Below, piece after piece: positions 49,832 through 60,192 of a DNA stretch of 64,000 bases. Origin of the DNA: an uncultured Gammaproteobacteria bacterium (GTDB lineage Bacteria; Patescibacteriota; Patescibacteriia; CAZSQN01); assembly GCA_964609095.1 (NCBI GenBank), contig CAZSQN010000001.1, forward strand, positions 278,117-342,116. The letters run 5' to 3'. A program made the translations under genes and the position numbers. The notes below the pieces were generated by a model, which was given only the letters and a program-made list of their open reading frames with translations, was not told the origin of the DNA and made no database searches. Every line of letters begins with the position of its first letter. Within the stretch, counting starts at the first letter, position 1.

Positions 49832-51370
49832 ATGCGAATATCTTTAAAAAATTATCCGGGCGTAACTTTGATAGAGATGCTTACCGTCATCTCAATTATC
49901 GGCGTGCTTGCCACTATCGGCAACGCCTCTTATGAAGAGGTGCGCCGTTTGGGACGCGATGTCAGGAGGACCTCCGACATCAAGCAGATGCAGACCGCGC
50001 TGGAGCTTTATTTTGCGTCGCATAATTTTTATCCCTCCGACCAAAATCCGGGAGAGGGCGGAATAATTATCGGCGGGAGCGGCGCGATTGCCTTGGATGA
50101 CGCGAGCGGCTTTACCCGCAGCCCGCAAGGCGTTATTTATTCCCGCTTTTCTTTGGGAAATCCCGGTCCGCGTGGTATTCCATACGAATATCGGTCCTTG
50201 GATACAAATGGAAATGATTGCGACAAGAATTGCCCGTACTACGAAATACGTTTCGCGACCGAAGGCCGCATGGCCGGCCTTGATGAGGGGCTGCATATCT
50301 TAACGCCTTTGGGCATTCTTGGTCCAAAAGGCCCCTCCGAGCTTTCGCGGCCGGAAACGGGAGCAATTGTTAAAGAAGGCGCGATTCTTGTGGGAGTTGA
50401 AACATATAAAGCCGCGATTGGCTTGGTAAGAGAAGCAAGAATCGTTTTGGATAATCCTCAAGTTGAAGCGGCAAGTTCCGTTGCCTCTCCGGCATCCGCG
50501 GCCATTCCGCTTGCCTCCGCCGCTCTCTCCGGCGGACTGGCGTTGCAGCAATACTTGCTCGCTTTTATCACTCAGCCGCTGCTTTTATTGTTTCGTCGGA
50601 AGCGGAAAAATTGGGGCGTAGTTTATAATGCGCTGACCAAACTTCCGGTGGATTTGGCCATTGTGCGGCTTTATGACTTAAATAAAAATAAGATTGTCGG
50701 CAGCACGGTAAGCGATCGCGACGGGCGTTTTTCTTTTATTTCTCCCCCCGGCAGCTACAGAATAGAAACGGTTAAGCCGACTTTGTCGTTTCCGTCATCA
50801 ATACTTTCCGGCGCCAGAGCTGACGGCGGCTACGGCGATCTTTATTTTGGCGAAACATTGGAAGTTTCCGCCGAAGAGCCGCCGCATCCAAACGTGCCCA
50901 TGGATCCGAGAGAGAAGGATTTTTCCGCCGGGGCGGTGCGGGCGAGAAATATCATGGCCGGATTTCAGCATTTTTTCGCCTTAATCGGTCCGGGCATAGC
51001 GGCAGCCGCCTTTGCTTCGGTGCCAAGCGTATTTTCCGGGGCGGTGTTGTTTCTGCATATTCTTTTATATTTGTTTTTCCGAAGATTGCGGGAGGTTGGG
51101 AGAGCGCGAAGCTATGGAGCGGTCTATGAAGAAGAAACAAGACGCCCTATCTCCGGAGCTATTTTGCGCCTTTACGCGCTCCCGTACCACAAATTAGCGG
51201 AAACAAAAATTTCCGACTTTAACGGGCGTTACTTTTTTTTAGTCGGTCCGGGCGAATTTTACCTGACCGCGGAGCGCGGCGGCTATATGAAGACGGAAAC
51301 AGAACCGGTGAAAATAGAAACGCGGACCGCGACCATCAATGCCATGCTTCCTCTGCGCAGGGAAATGTGA
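49832..51370 (+). CDS. Prepilin-type protein fused to carboxypeptidase-regulatory-like (prealbumin-fold) domains and TM helices
   Basis: GVTLIEMLTVISIIGVLA; GVVYNA.TK.PV.LA.VRLY...SDRDGRF twice. Confidence 0.8.
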   Translation: MRISLKNYPGVTLIEMLTVISIIGVLATIGNASYEEVRRLGRDVRRTSDIKQMQTALELYFASHNFYPSDQNPGEGGIIIGGSGAIALDDASGFTRSPQGVIYSRFSLGNPGPRGIPYEYRSLDTNGNDCDKNCPYYEIRFATEGRMAGLDEGLHILTPLGILGPKGPSELSRPETGAIVKEGAILVGVETYKAAIGLVREARIVLDNPQVEAASSVASPASAAIPLASAALSGGLALQQYLLAFITQPLLLLFRRKRKNWGVVYNALTKLPVDLAIVRLYDLNKNKIVGSTVSDRDGRFSFISPPGSYRIETVKPTLSFPSSILSGARADGGYGDLYFGETLEVSAEEPPHPNVPMDPREKDFSAGAVRARNIMAGFQHFFALIGPGIAAAAFASVPSVFSGAVLFLHILLYLFFRRLREVGRARSYGAVYEEETRRPISGAILRLYALPYHKLAETKISDFNGRYFFLVGPGEFYLTAERGGYMKTETEPVKIETRTATINAMLPLRREM

Positions 51371-51385
51371 TAAAATCGGGGTATG

Positions 51386-51445
51386 CCCCGCACATAACGA
51401 ATTATGTGCTGGGGGTGCGTTGGATTAAATAAAATATGTGCGGGG
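51386..51445. repeat. Short CCCCGCACATA-type element with TATG flanks
   Basis: CCCCGCACATAACGAATTATGTGCTGGGG...TATGTGCGGGG. Confidence 0.7.
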
Positions 51446-51446
51446 T

Positions 51447-51968
51447 ATGTTTGATTTTGAGCTGTTTCGGGCTATTAACGGCTTGGCCGGTAAAAACATA
51501 ATTTTGGACGCGTTAGGCGTTTTTTTTGCCGTTCATTTGCTTGCCGCTATGCTCGCTGTTGCGGCGGCTGTTTCTTTTTACAGAAAGAAAATATCAATAT
51601 TTTTATTCGCGCTTTCGTCCGGCGCTCTGGGATTTGGCGTATCCCAGCTCATAGGAATAATTAATTTTCGTCCAAGGCCTTTTATTCTTCTTGAAGGCGT
51701 AAGACAATTGGTTTCCAAATCGCCTTTAAGCAAGTCGTTCCCATCCGACCACGCCACCCTTGCTTTCGCGCTGGCCGCGTCTCTGTATTTTTCCGGAGAG
51801 AAAAAGTGGGGGACGGCAATGTTCGTTTTGGCCGCGGCCGTGGCGCTTGGACGGGTATTTACGGGGATACATTTTCCGTTGGACATCGCCGCCGGCGCCT
51901 TGCTTGGAATTTTATCCGCTTTTATGGTAAATAATACTTGGAAGAAAATATATGGAGCCAAAAAATAA
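51447..51968 (+). CDS. PAP2 phosphatase (undecaprenyl-PP phosphatase-like)
   Basis: RPRPF, SFPSDH, GRV..GIHFP.D. Confidence 0.92.
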   Translation: MFDFELFRAINGLAGKNIILDALGVFFAVHLLAAMLAVAAAVSFYRKKISIFLFALSSGALGFGVSQLIGIINFRPRPFILLEGVRQLVSKSPLSKSFPSDHATLAFALAASLYFSGEKKWGTAMFVLAAAVALGRVFTGIHFPLDIAAGALLGILSAFMVNNTWKKIYGAKK

Positions 51969-52416
51969 ACAAATTGTCGTTGCCGTATCCGGCGGGTTTG
52001 ACCCCATCCACATCGGCCATGTGCGTATGTTTGACGAAGCCAAAAAATTGGGAGACAAATTGGTGGTGATTTTGAATAATGACAACTGGCTTTTAAAAAA
52101 GAAGGGCTATGTTTTTATGAAAGAAGAGGAGAGGAAAGAGGTTATAGAGGCCTTGCGTTCGGTGAACAGAGTGGTTTTGACCTCGCACGGAACGAATCCG
52201 GAAGACATGAGCGTCTGCGCGGAACTCGGCAAACTTAAGCCGGATATTTTTGCCAACGGCGGCGACAGGAAATTGGACAATATTCCCGAAGTCGCGGTTT
52301 GCGAGTCAATCGGCTGCAAAATGGTCTTTAATGTCGGGCACGGAGGCAAGGTGCAAAGCAGCTCCTGGCTCACGGCTGAATATTTGAAATCTCAAACCCT
52401 AAACCCTAAACGCTAA
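51952..52416 (+). CDS. Cytidylyltransferase-family protein (TagD/RfaE-like)
   Basis: SGGFDPIHIGH, FANGGDR, KVQSSS. Confidence 0.9.
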   Translation: MEPKNKQIVVAVSGGFDPIHIGHVRMFDEAKKLGDKLVVILNNDNWLLKKKGYVFMKEEERKEVIEALRSVNRVVLTSHGTNPEDMSVCAELGKLKPDIFANGGDRKLDNIPEVAVCESIGCKMVFNVGHGGKVQSSSWLTAEYLKSQTLNPKR

Positions 52417-52419
52417 ACC

Positions 52420-53436
52420 CTATTTTTCAAAAAGCCGTTTAGCTTCTTCCCAGAATTCGGCGTTGCCTTGCTTCTCTTTGAGCCAATACCACCATTCCAC
52501 GCCCCAGAGATAGATTTCCGATAAACCGGTGCGGCGGGCGAAGTCAATATTCCGTTTGAAACGCGCCAGATTCATTGATTGGTACTGCTCCTCCAAGGGC
52601 AGTTTATTGTTGGGAAGCCGTCCCCACGGTTCTGCCTGCAATTCGGTCACAATGACTTTTTGCGCATAGCGCGGAGAGACCGTTTCCGCTTTTTTTCGGT
52701 AATAAGCCGGCGGTATGGGGAAATAAAAATATCCGAAAATTTTATCCCAGGTGGCCCTGTACATGCTGATGCCCAGAATATCCGCTATTTCCGCGGCGCG
52801 TATCCAGCTGGAGAGCTCTCCGGAATCAGTGATGACAACAGGGCGGTTATCAAGTCCGTGGACGATATCAACTTCCTTTTTTAAGAGTTCCGCGCCGTGA
52901 GGCGGACAAACGCCGAATTTAAACAAGGCCTCGTTTTCCACCTGCCAGGCGTAAATCGCCGGAGATGAGCGAAAATGTTTGACGGTTGCCTGAAGCGACC
53001 CCAAGAGCTTAAGTTCCTGTTCGTCAGGGCTTATTTTTTTCGCCCATTCCGGAATATGGCACTCGGGCCAGCGGGGAAGCTTTCTGCCGACGGCCAAAAG
53101 TATCTTTGCCCCTCTTTTTTGCGCCTCGTCAAGCATCCAGTCATAATCGTCAAAACGATAATTTTTTGAAGTCGGTTCTATGTCGTTCCAGTACACGGGA
53201 ATCCTGAACAATCTGATTTTAAGGTCGTCAAGCGCGGCAATATAGGCCGTCTTCCAATCCAGCTCAAGCGCCTCTGCGTACGATTTGCTAAAGGTGGCGC
53301 CCCAAACGGGCTCCGGAGTTTTTTTAGGCCGATATTGCGCCTTCCAGGCGAATAAAACAAAAATTAAAAACGCAAGCAATATTCCGCAGATTATAAAGAC
53401 GATAAGCTGTCGTTTCTCCCGTTTTGATTTTGGCAT
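52420..53436 (-). CDS. Clan GH-A glycoside hydrolase (GH5/GH42-like), membrane-anchored
   Basis: RIPVYW..IEP, WQVENE, VTELQAEPW, LWG.EWW. Confidence 0.8.
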   Translation of the reverse strand: MPKSKREKRQLIVFIICGILLAFLIFVLFAWKAQYRPKKTPEPVWGATFSKSYAEALELDWKTAYIAALDDLKIRLFRIPVYWNDIEPTSKNYRFDDYDWMLDEAQKRGAKILLAVGRKLPRWPECHIPEWAKKISPDEQELKLLGSLQATVKHFRSSPAIYAWQVENEALFKFGVCPPHGAELLKKEVDIVHGLDNRPVVITDSGELSSWIRAAEIADILGISMYRATWDKIFGYFYFPIPPAYYRKKAETVSPRYAQKVIVTELQAEPWGRLPNNKLPLEEQYQSMNLARFKRNIDFARRTGLSEIYLWGVEWWYWLKEKQGNAEFWEEAKRLFEK

Positions 53437-53471
53437 ATTTATATTTATATTGTACCATAAGAAAGATGCTT

Positions 53472-54503
53472 ATGAAGCGAATGATTTTAGCCGCCTTTGC
53501 GCTGATAGCGCTTTCCGGCACTGTGATTGCCGGCGGTTTTTTTAATGAATTTTATCTTAAAAAACCGGCTGCCGGCGCCAAAGAAAAGACCTTTGCCATT
53601 GCCAAAGATTCGGGCGTTAACCAAATCAGTCGAGATTTGAAAAATGCCGGTTTGATAGAAAATTCTTTTATTTTTGAAACCTATGTCTGGCTCGCGCAAA
53701 AAGAACGGCAATTCCGCGCCGGCGTTTTTCTTCTGAAAGAGGGGATGAACATGACCGGAGTCGCAAAAATTTTAACTTCCGGCGGCGGCAAAGAAGAAAA
53801 AATTATCACCATCATTCCCGGCTGGACGCTGCGCGATATTAAAAAATATCTTATTGAACAAGGCGTTAAAAATATGGAGGCGTTTGATTCTCTGGCCGGA
53901 CGGTCCGCGCAGCTTTATCCGTCCTCTGACTGGAGTGGAGATTTTGAGTTCCTGTCCGACAAGCCGAAAAATCTGGGGCTGGAAGGATATTTTTCCCCGG
54001 ATACTTACAGGATATTTGCCGACGCCGGCGCGGAGGATGTCATCCGCAAGGCATTGCGGAATTTCGGCCTTAAATTTGATGCCGAGCTTCGCGCGGAAGC
54101 GGAAAAGAAAAAGATGACGATTTTTGAAGTCGTCACGCTTGCTTCCATAGTGGAGCGCGAAGTCAGGAGTGAAGAAGATATGGCCAAGGTCGCTGACGTA
54201 TTTTTGCGCCGCCTGGCGCTCGGGATGCCGCTTCAGGCGGATTCCACCGTGAATTATGTGACCGAGCGCGATACCCCGGCCATATCATTAAAAGATCGGG
54301 AATTGGACTCGTTGTGGAACACTTATAAATATCGCGGCTTGCCAAAAGGGCCGATTGGGAACCCCGGGCTCGCTGCCATTAAAGCTGTTTTAGAGCCGGA
54401 GCCAAATCCTTACCTTTATTTTTTAACAACTGCCGATGGCGAGGTTATTTATTCCCGGGTTTTGGAAGAGCATAACGCGGCTAAGCGAAAATATCTAAAA
54501 TAA
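53472..54503 (+). CDS. mltG: Endolytic transglycosylase MltG
   Basis: LEGYF.PDTY, LASIVERE, LQADST, NTYK..GLP.GPI.NPG. Confidence 0.95.
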   Translation: MKRMILAAFALIALSGTVIAGGFFNEFYLKKPAAGAKEKTFAIAKDSGVNQISRDLKNAGLIENSFIFETYVWLAQKERQFRAGVFLLKEGMNMTGVAKILTSGGGKEEKIITIIPGWTLRDIKKYLIEQGVKNMEAFDSLAGRSAQLYPSSDWSGDFEFLSDKPKNLGLEGYFSPDTYRIFADAGAEDVIRKALRNFGLKFDAELRAEAEKKKMTIFEVVTLASIVEREVRSEEDMAKVADVFLRRLALGMPLQADSTVNYVTERDTPAISLKDRELDSLWNTYKYRGLPKGPIGNPGLAAIKAVLEPEPNPYLYFLTTADGEVIYSRVLEEHNAAKRKYLK

Positions 54504-54614
54504 GCCAAAATTCCGTTATTTAACGGCTCTTCGCGGCTTTGAACTTGACGAGAGCGCGATTTTGTGGTATTCTTCAATGAAGTTCTTTTCAGACATTAAA
54601 TGCGGAGGTTTGCC

Positions 54615-55283
54615 ATGGCAACCGAGCTTTGCGTTGATGTTCTCTCGACCGGCGGGAACGAGGATGCTCAAGAACCTCGCAATCCGCTTCTGCGGGAGAA
54701 GCGCCTGTTTGAGCAGGCGGTTTCAGATTACTGTGATTCTTTTTTCAGCAAATTTCCGGAGTTGAATCCGGCAAATCAAATCGGCGATTACGGCTATTGG
54801 TTGTCCCGAGCTTCGGAACAGGGTCTTTCCGCAAATAAGGAGAAGATTCTTTTTCACCTTTTGTTCAAGAGGTGGAAAAAGAGGAAGAACTTGGCGGTCG
54901 CGCTCTCTGACCCGGAGTCCTACGAGCATAAGGTGAGTTTTCTTCTTTACTTTTTGGTAAAGAAACTGCGGCCCATTTTTGCCGCCAAAGAACTTGATGC
55001 CGTTATCCGGGAAGAACTGGTGAGTTTGTTAACTGTGGATTGGACTTGGGAAACATTAGAGAAAGCGCATGGCCGAAGCAATGGCTTGGCGCTGTTTCTT
55101 CTTGACGCGCTCGGAGAATTTTACCATTTGGGAAGATATAACCCCTTTTCCGCCAGATGGCAAGAGAACAATGTCGGCCGGCATTTGGCCGAGGATGCTT
55201 TGCGCGAGCTTCGCCGCCGCCTTCAGAGGGGACGGATTGGCCAAGACGATCCTTGGTGGCCAAAAGAGGCCGCCGAAGATTAG
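54615..55283 (+). CDS. Hypothetical protein (222 aa)
   Basis: TTGACG promoter, SD GGAGG, terminator-like hairpin after. Confidence 0.7.
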   Translation: MATELCVDVLSTGGNEDAQEPRNPLLREKRLFEQAVSDYCDSFFSKFPELNPANQIGDYGYWLSRASEQGLSANKEKILFHLLFKRWKKRKNLAVALSDPESYEHKVSFLLYFLVKKLRPIFAAKELDAVIREELVSLLTVDWTWETLEKAHGRSNGLALFLLDALGEFYHLGRYNPFSARWQENNVGRHLAEDALRELRRRLQRGRIGQDDPWWPKEAAED

Positions 55284-55482
55284 ATGTACTTTTTTCAGGG
55301 TTTTTGCCCGGTGCCGAAGTTTGGCATCGGGCTTTTTTGCTGCCTCGATGGCAGCATCCCGATAACCTTGCGTAATAATAAAAAAAGAATCGGGATGATG
55401 TCTTGATAATGGGATTTGTTTGCTATATATTTTTATATTTGTTATATTGCTCATGATAATCTAATCCATAAAATTAAACATT

Positions 55483-56634
55483 ATGAAACGCTTTATTGCT
55501 TGTTTTTCCATAATTTCTTTAATGCTGGCACTTGCGCCCTCTGTCGGCGCAGAAGGCCGCGGCCGTTATTTGGTGCGTTCCGGAGACGCAGAACTGCGCG
55601 CGAGGCACGGCGTGTCTCATGAATTTGCGAACGGGTTCACAACCGACCTTACGGATACGGAAGCGGCAGAACTTCAGAGGTCGGGAGTGGCAGTTGAACA
55701 AATGGTGTTGCTGTCTATTTTGGAAAGAAATGATGCATCAGGCGCTAAAGGCAAGCCCGGTTCCGGTGTTCGGCTTACTCCTTCCGACCAGACGCCGTGG
55801 GGAATTGAAAAGGTCTATAATGACGCCGGCATTGCCGCCGCTTCCGGAGGGGCCGGAGTTCAAGTAGCTATTTTGGATACCGGCGTAAATAAAAATCATC
55901 CTGATTTGGCTCGGCGCGTAGCCGCTTGCGTTGATTTTACCCGCGGCGTGCGTGTGGGCTCTTGCGACGATAAAAACGGGCACGGCACGCATGTGGCCGG
56001 CACCATTGCCGCTGACGGCGGCGCTGACGGACGCGGCATTTATGGCGTGGCGCCCGAGGCAAACATTTTGGCTTACAAAGTTTGCGGCCCTGATGGTTCC
56101 TGTTGGTCTGATGATATTGCTTCCGCCATTCGCTATGCTGCCGATAACGGCGCGGAAATTATTTCCATGAGCTTGGGTTCTGATGCGGAAAGTTCGCTTA
56201 TCCGCGACGCTGTTTCTTACGCGGTTGGAACCGGAGTAATGGTTGTGGCGGCCGCCGGCAATGACGGACCTGCTTTGGGCAGTATTGACTGGCCCGGAGC
56301 TAATCAAGATGTTGTTGCCGTTGCGGCGATTGATTCCTCCGAGGCGGCGGCGGATTGGAGCTCGCGAGGGTTAAACGACGGAGATTATGTTGTTGAGGCG
56401 CAAGAGGTGGAATTGGCCGCGCCGGGCGTAAATGTAGAATCAACTTGGAGGGACGGGGGATACAGAACGATTTCAGGCACTTCCATGGCGACTCCGCATA
56501 TTTCCGGCTTGGCGGCAAAACTATGGCAGGGAAGTGGCGCTTCTACGCGCGCCTATCTCCAATCGCTCGCCCGCGACCTTGATGCCGTTGGCGATGACCC
56601 GGCAACCGGATTCGGACTGCCGTATGTGCATTAA
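55483..56634 (+). CDS. Subtilisin-like S8 serine protease
   Basis: ILDTG, HGTHVAG, AAGNDG, GTSMATPH; signal peptide. Confidence 0.97.
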   Translation: MKRFIACFSIISLMLALAPSVGAEGRGRYLVRSGDAELRARHGVSHEFANGFTTDLTDTEAAELQRSGVAVEQMVLLSILERNDASGAKGKPGSGVRLTPSDQTPWGIEKVYNDAGIAAASGGAGVQVAILDTGVNKNHPDLARRVAACVDFTRGVRVGSCDDKNGHGTHVAGTIAADGGADGRGIYGVAPEANILAYKVCGPDGSCWSDDIASAIRYAADNGAEIISMSLGSDAESSLIRDAVSYAVGTGVMVVAAAGNDGPALGSIDWPGANQDVVAVAAIDSSEAAADWSSRGLNDGDYVVEAQEVELAAPGVNVESTWRDGGYRTISGTSMATPHISGLAAKLWQGSGASTRAYLQSLARDLDAVGDDPATGFGLPYVH

Positions 56635-56751
56635 ACAGAAATACGAATTATATCCGAATTACATACAAATGATACGAATATTAACCGCTCCCTTTGCTTG
56701 GGGAGCGGTTTTGATATAAGATGGGTTAGAAATTCTCATTATCAATTTTTA

Positions 56752-58794
56752 ATGAAAATTCAAAATAAAAATTTAAATTGGGAACGCGAATTAAATGCCG
56801 AACAGCTCCAAGCTGTCCGCAAGGGCGACGGGCCTTGTCTTGTGCTGGCCGGAGCCGGAAGCGGCAAGACGCGCGTGATCACTTATCGCGTGGCGCATTT
56901 GCTCCAAAACGGCGTCCATCCCTCTTCTATTTTGCTTCTTACTTTCACCAACAAAGCGGCAAACGAAATGATGGAGCGCGTCGCCAAGCTGATTGGCGCG
57001 GAGGGCAGCGGAATCTGGGGAGGAACTTTTCATTCCATTGCCAATCGCATCCTGCGCGCGTTTGCCCGGCTTTTGGGCTATAGCGAAAAATTCGTCATCC
57101 TGGACCAGGAGGACAGCCGCGATCTAATCAAGATTTGCGTTAGAAATTCAAATCTTGACGCGGGAGGAAAAATGGCTCCTTCCGCCGCCGTGCTCCAAAA
57201 TATCTTCAGTTTTTCAAGAAATTCCAAAATATCCATAGAGGAAACGGTTGAGGCAAAATATCCGAAATTTTTTGATTTTCTTCCGGAAATTGAAGATATT
57301 TCGCGCGCCTTTGCGCGGCGCAAACTGGAATCAAACTTGATGGATTTTGACGACCTGCTTTTGAAATTGTCGGAATTGCTCAAAGCCAATGCGGCGGTTC
57401 GCGAGCGGCTGGCGCGGCAATTTAAATATATTTTGGTTGACGAATACCAAGACACCAACCCGATTCAGGGCGATATTGTGGACGCGCTCGGCTCGGCGCA
57501 TAAAAATATTTTGGTGGTGGGGGACGACGCGCAGTCAATTTATTCTTTCCGCGCCGCTACGGTGAAAAATATTTTGGAATTTCCAAGCCGTTATCCCGGA
57601 GCAAAAATTTTTAAATTAGAAACCAATTATCGTTCAACCCCGGAAATATTGGATGTGGCCAATTCCATTATCATCAACAACGCCAATCAGTTTTCCAAAC
57701 GGCTTAGGCCGGCGCGGAGCTCGTTTGCCAAACCAACTCTCGTGCCCGCCGGAGATCAGCGAGAAGAAGCCGAATTTGCGGCAGAGCGCATTCTGGAACT
57801 GCTTAAGGAGGGAGTCGCGCCTCATGAAATCGCCGTGCTTTTCCGCGCCACGCACCATTCGCAAGCGCTGGAAATGGAACTGGTGAAACGCGGCATTCCA
57901 TACGAGTACAGGGGCGGACTTAAATTTTTTGAACGCGGGCACGTGAAAGATGTTTTGGCGTTTTTGCGCGTTTATTCCAATCCCAAGGATGAGGTTTCCT
58001 GGATGCGGGTATTGTCTTTGGCGCAAGGCATTGGAGCGGCCGGCGCGGAGCGCCTTACGGAGCGTTTGCGCGGAGCAAAAACCTTTTCCGAAGCGCTGGA
58101 GACGGATTTTGCCGATTTGCTCACGGCAAAATCCGTCCTTGGCTGGCGCGATATCATGTCAGTTTTTGATAAATTGAAAAGCGTCAAAGGATCTGAACCC
58201 AGCGTTTTAATCCGCGCCATTACCGCGTCCTGGTATAAGGATTATCTGGAAGCGGAATATCCAAATGCCGAAGAACGGCTGGATGATTTGGAGCAAATGG
58301 CGCTTTTTGCGGATAAAAGCGCGGAGCTCGCCGCCTTTCTCGGCGAAGCCGGACTGGCTGATGACTTCGGAGTTTTGCGCGGGCGCGCCGAAGCTGATTC
58401 CGGAGCCGAGCGCATTACGCTCTCCACCATTCATCAGGCCAAGGGTTTGGAGTGGGACACCGTATTTTTAATTCGCCTTTCCGACGGCGATTTTCCCAAC
58501 AGAAGGGCTTTGGCCGAAGAGGGCGGATTGGAAGAGGAAAGGCGTTTGTTTTATGTTTCCGCCACCCGCGCCAAACGTTTGCTTTATCTTTCGTATCCTT
58601 TTTCTTCCGGTTTTGGCGCGGCTTCTTTTGGCTCGTCTATGTTTTTGGATGAAATAGACCGCGATCTGCTCGCGCGGCGTGAAACATCTTTTGGCGGCGG
58701 AGAGGAAATCATAGAACTCGGCGGTGATGGCGAGTTTAAGGAAAGCGCAAAGAAAAAGCCGCGAAGCTATTTAAGGGATATAAATGATTTGTAA
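56752..58794 (+). CDS. UvrD/PcrA-family ATP-dependent helicase
   Basis: AGAGSGKT, TFTNKAA, VDEYQD, GDDAQSIY.FR, TIHQAKGLE, EERRLFYV. Confidence 0.96.
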   Translation: MKIQNKNLNWERELNAEQLQAVRKGDGPCLVLAGAGSGKTRVITYRVAHLLQNGVHPSSILLLTFTNKAANEMMERVAKLIGAEGSGIWGGTFHSIANRILRAFARLLGYSEKFVILDQEDSRDLIKICVRNSNLDAGGKMAPSAAVLQNIFSFSRNSKISIEETVEAKYPKFFDFLPEIEDISRAFARRKLESNLMDFDDLLLKLSELLKANAAVRERLARQFKYILVDEYQDTNPIQGDIVDALGSAHKNILVVGDDAQSIYSFRAATVKNILEFPSRYPGAKIFKLETNYRSTPEILDVANSIIINNANQFSKRLRPARSSFAKPTLVPAGDQREEAEFAAERILELLKEGVAPHEIAVLFRATHHSQALEMELVKRGIPYEYRGGLKFFERGHVKDVLAFLRVYSNPKDEVSWMRVLSLAQGIGAAGAERLTERLRGAKTFSEALETDFADLLTAKSVLGWRDIMSVFDKLKSVKGSEPSVLIRAITASWYKDYLEAEYPNAEERLDDLEQMALFADKSAELAAFLGEAGLADDFGVLRGRAEADSGAERITLSTIHQAKGLEWDTVFLIRLSDGDFPNRRALAEEGGLEEERRLFYVSATRAKRLLYLSYPFSSGFGAASFGSSMFLDEIDRDLLARRETSFGGGEEIIELGGDGEFKESAKKKPRSYLRDINDL

Positions 58795-58862
58795 ACAATC
58801 GTTTGAAGAAGGCGGCTGTTGCCTGTACAATAGATTGTGAAGAAGTTATTTAATCAACAATT

Positions 58863-60188
58863 ATGCTTTTGCGTTACGATTATTCAAATATGTTTGCCGG
58901 CGGCGCTGTTTCGGAAGCGGAATTTTTAGCCGCTACTTCCGCGGTCGCGGATGTAAGAGACGGACTTTTTGCGCGGCGGAACGAAGTCGGTTTTTTGGAT
59001 TTGCCCGATTCACGGACTTTGGCTCTGATTGAAGGCGCGGCTAAAAGATTCCGCCAAAAATTTGATAATCTTTTAGTTATCGGAATCGGCGGCTCTGACT
59101 TGGGAACCCGCGTTATCTACGACGCGTTTACCCCCGCCTCGGCGCGAGAGAAGAAAAGAGCAAAAGGCGGGGCGATGAAGCTTTATTTTTTAGGCAATAC
59201 CGATCCGGAAGAGGCGGCGGACGTCTTGGAGCGCCTTAATCTGCGCCGGACGGCAATAAATGTTGTTTCCAAATCCGGAGAAACCGCCGAGATAATGGCT
59301 AATTTTTTGTTGGCGCGAAAGCAGCTTGAGAGAACTGTTGGAAAAACAAAAGCCGCGAACCACATCATCGCCACCACTGATCCCGCGTCCGGATTTTTGA
59401 GAAAACTGGCAAGGGAAGAGGAGTGGGCGACATTGCCCATACCATCTAATCTGGGCGGACGGTTTAGCGTGCTTTCCGCGGTCGGCCTTTTTCCGGCCGC
59501 CTGCGCCGGAATCAAAATATCTTCACTGGTTTCCGGCGCGCAAAAAGTGATAAATGACGAAAAAAACGCCAAAACTTTTACTTGCGCCGGCGCTTTCGCG
59601 GCCATGTCCCATCTTTTGTATAAGAAAGGAAAACATATTTCCGTGTTTATGCCCTACGCCAGTTCGCTCCTGCCGTTCGCGGTTTGGTTTCGCCAGCTTT
59701 GGGCGGAAAATCTGGGCAAGAGCGAAACTATTGGCCCGACGCCGATCGCGGCCTTGGGAGCCACCGACCAGCATTCCCAGCTTCAGCTTTATCAGGACGG
59801 GCCGAAAGATAAAATGATAACTTTTCTTGAAGTGGAAAGATTTAGAAAAAATCTGCAAGTCCCGACATATTTTAAAAACAGAACCGGCGGGCTTGCCGTG
59901 CAGGGGCATTCTTTTGAAGAGATAATTCATGCCGAGCGCGCTTCCACAGCCGAGGCGCTAAGAGCGGGCGGCAGGCCCAACGGGACATTGTTTGTGCCGA
60001 AAATTTCCGAAGAAACCTTGGGCGCGCTGTTTCAATTTTTTATGGCGAGCTCCGCTTATTTGGGAGGGCTGTTTAAAATAAACGCTTTTAACCAGCCGGG
60101 AGTGGAGGCAATGAAAAAGAATTTGATAGCCAGACTTTCCGGAGAAAGCCGCGAGGCCGCGCCAAGCAATAAATCAATTTCTTATTAA
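58863..60188 (+). CDS. pgi: Glucose-6-phosphate isomerase
   Basis: GIGGSDLG, SKSGET.E, GGRFSVLS, QLWAE.LGK, DQHS, FNQPGVE..K. Confidence 0.96.
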   Translation: MLLRYDYSNMFAGGAVSEAEFLAATSAVADVRDGLFARRNEVGFLDLPDSRTLALIEGAAKRFRQKFDNLLVIGIGGSDLGTRVIYDAFTPASAREKKRAKGGAMKLYFLGNTDPEEAADVLERLNLRRTAINVVSKSGETAEIMANFLLARKQLERTVGKTKAANHIIATTDPASGFLRKLAREEEWATLPIPSNLGGRFSVLSAVGLFPAACAGIKISSLVSGAQKVINDEKNAKTFTCAGAFAAMSHLLYKKGKHISVFMPYASSLLPFAVWFRQLWAENLGKSETIGPTPIAALGATDQHSQLQLYQDGPKDKMITFLEVERFRKNLQVPTYFKNRTGGLAVQGHSFEEIIHAERASTAEALRAGGRPNGTLFVPKISEETLGALFQFFMASSAYLGGLFKINAFNQPGVEAMKKNLIARLSGESREAAPSNKSISY

Positions 60189-60192
60189 GGAT

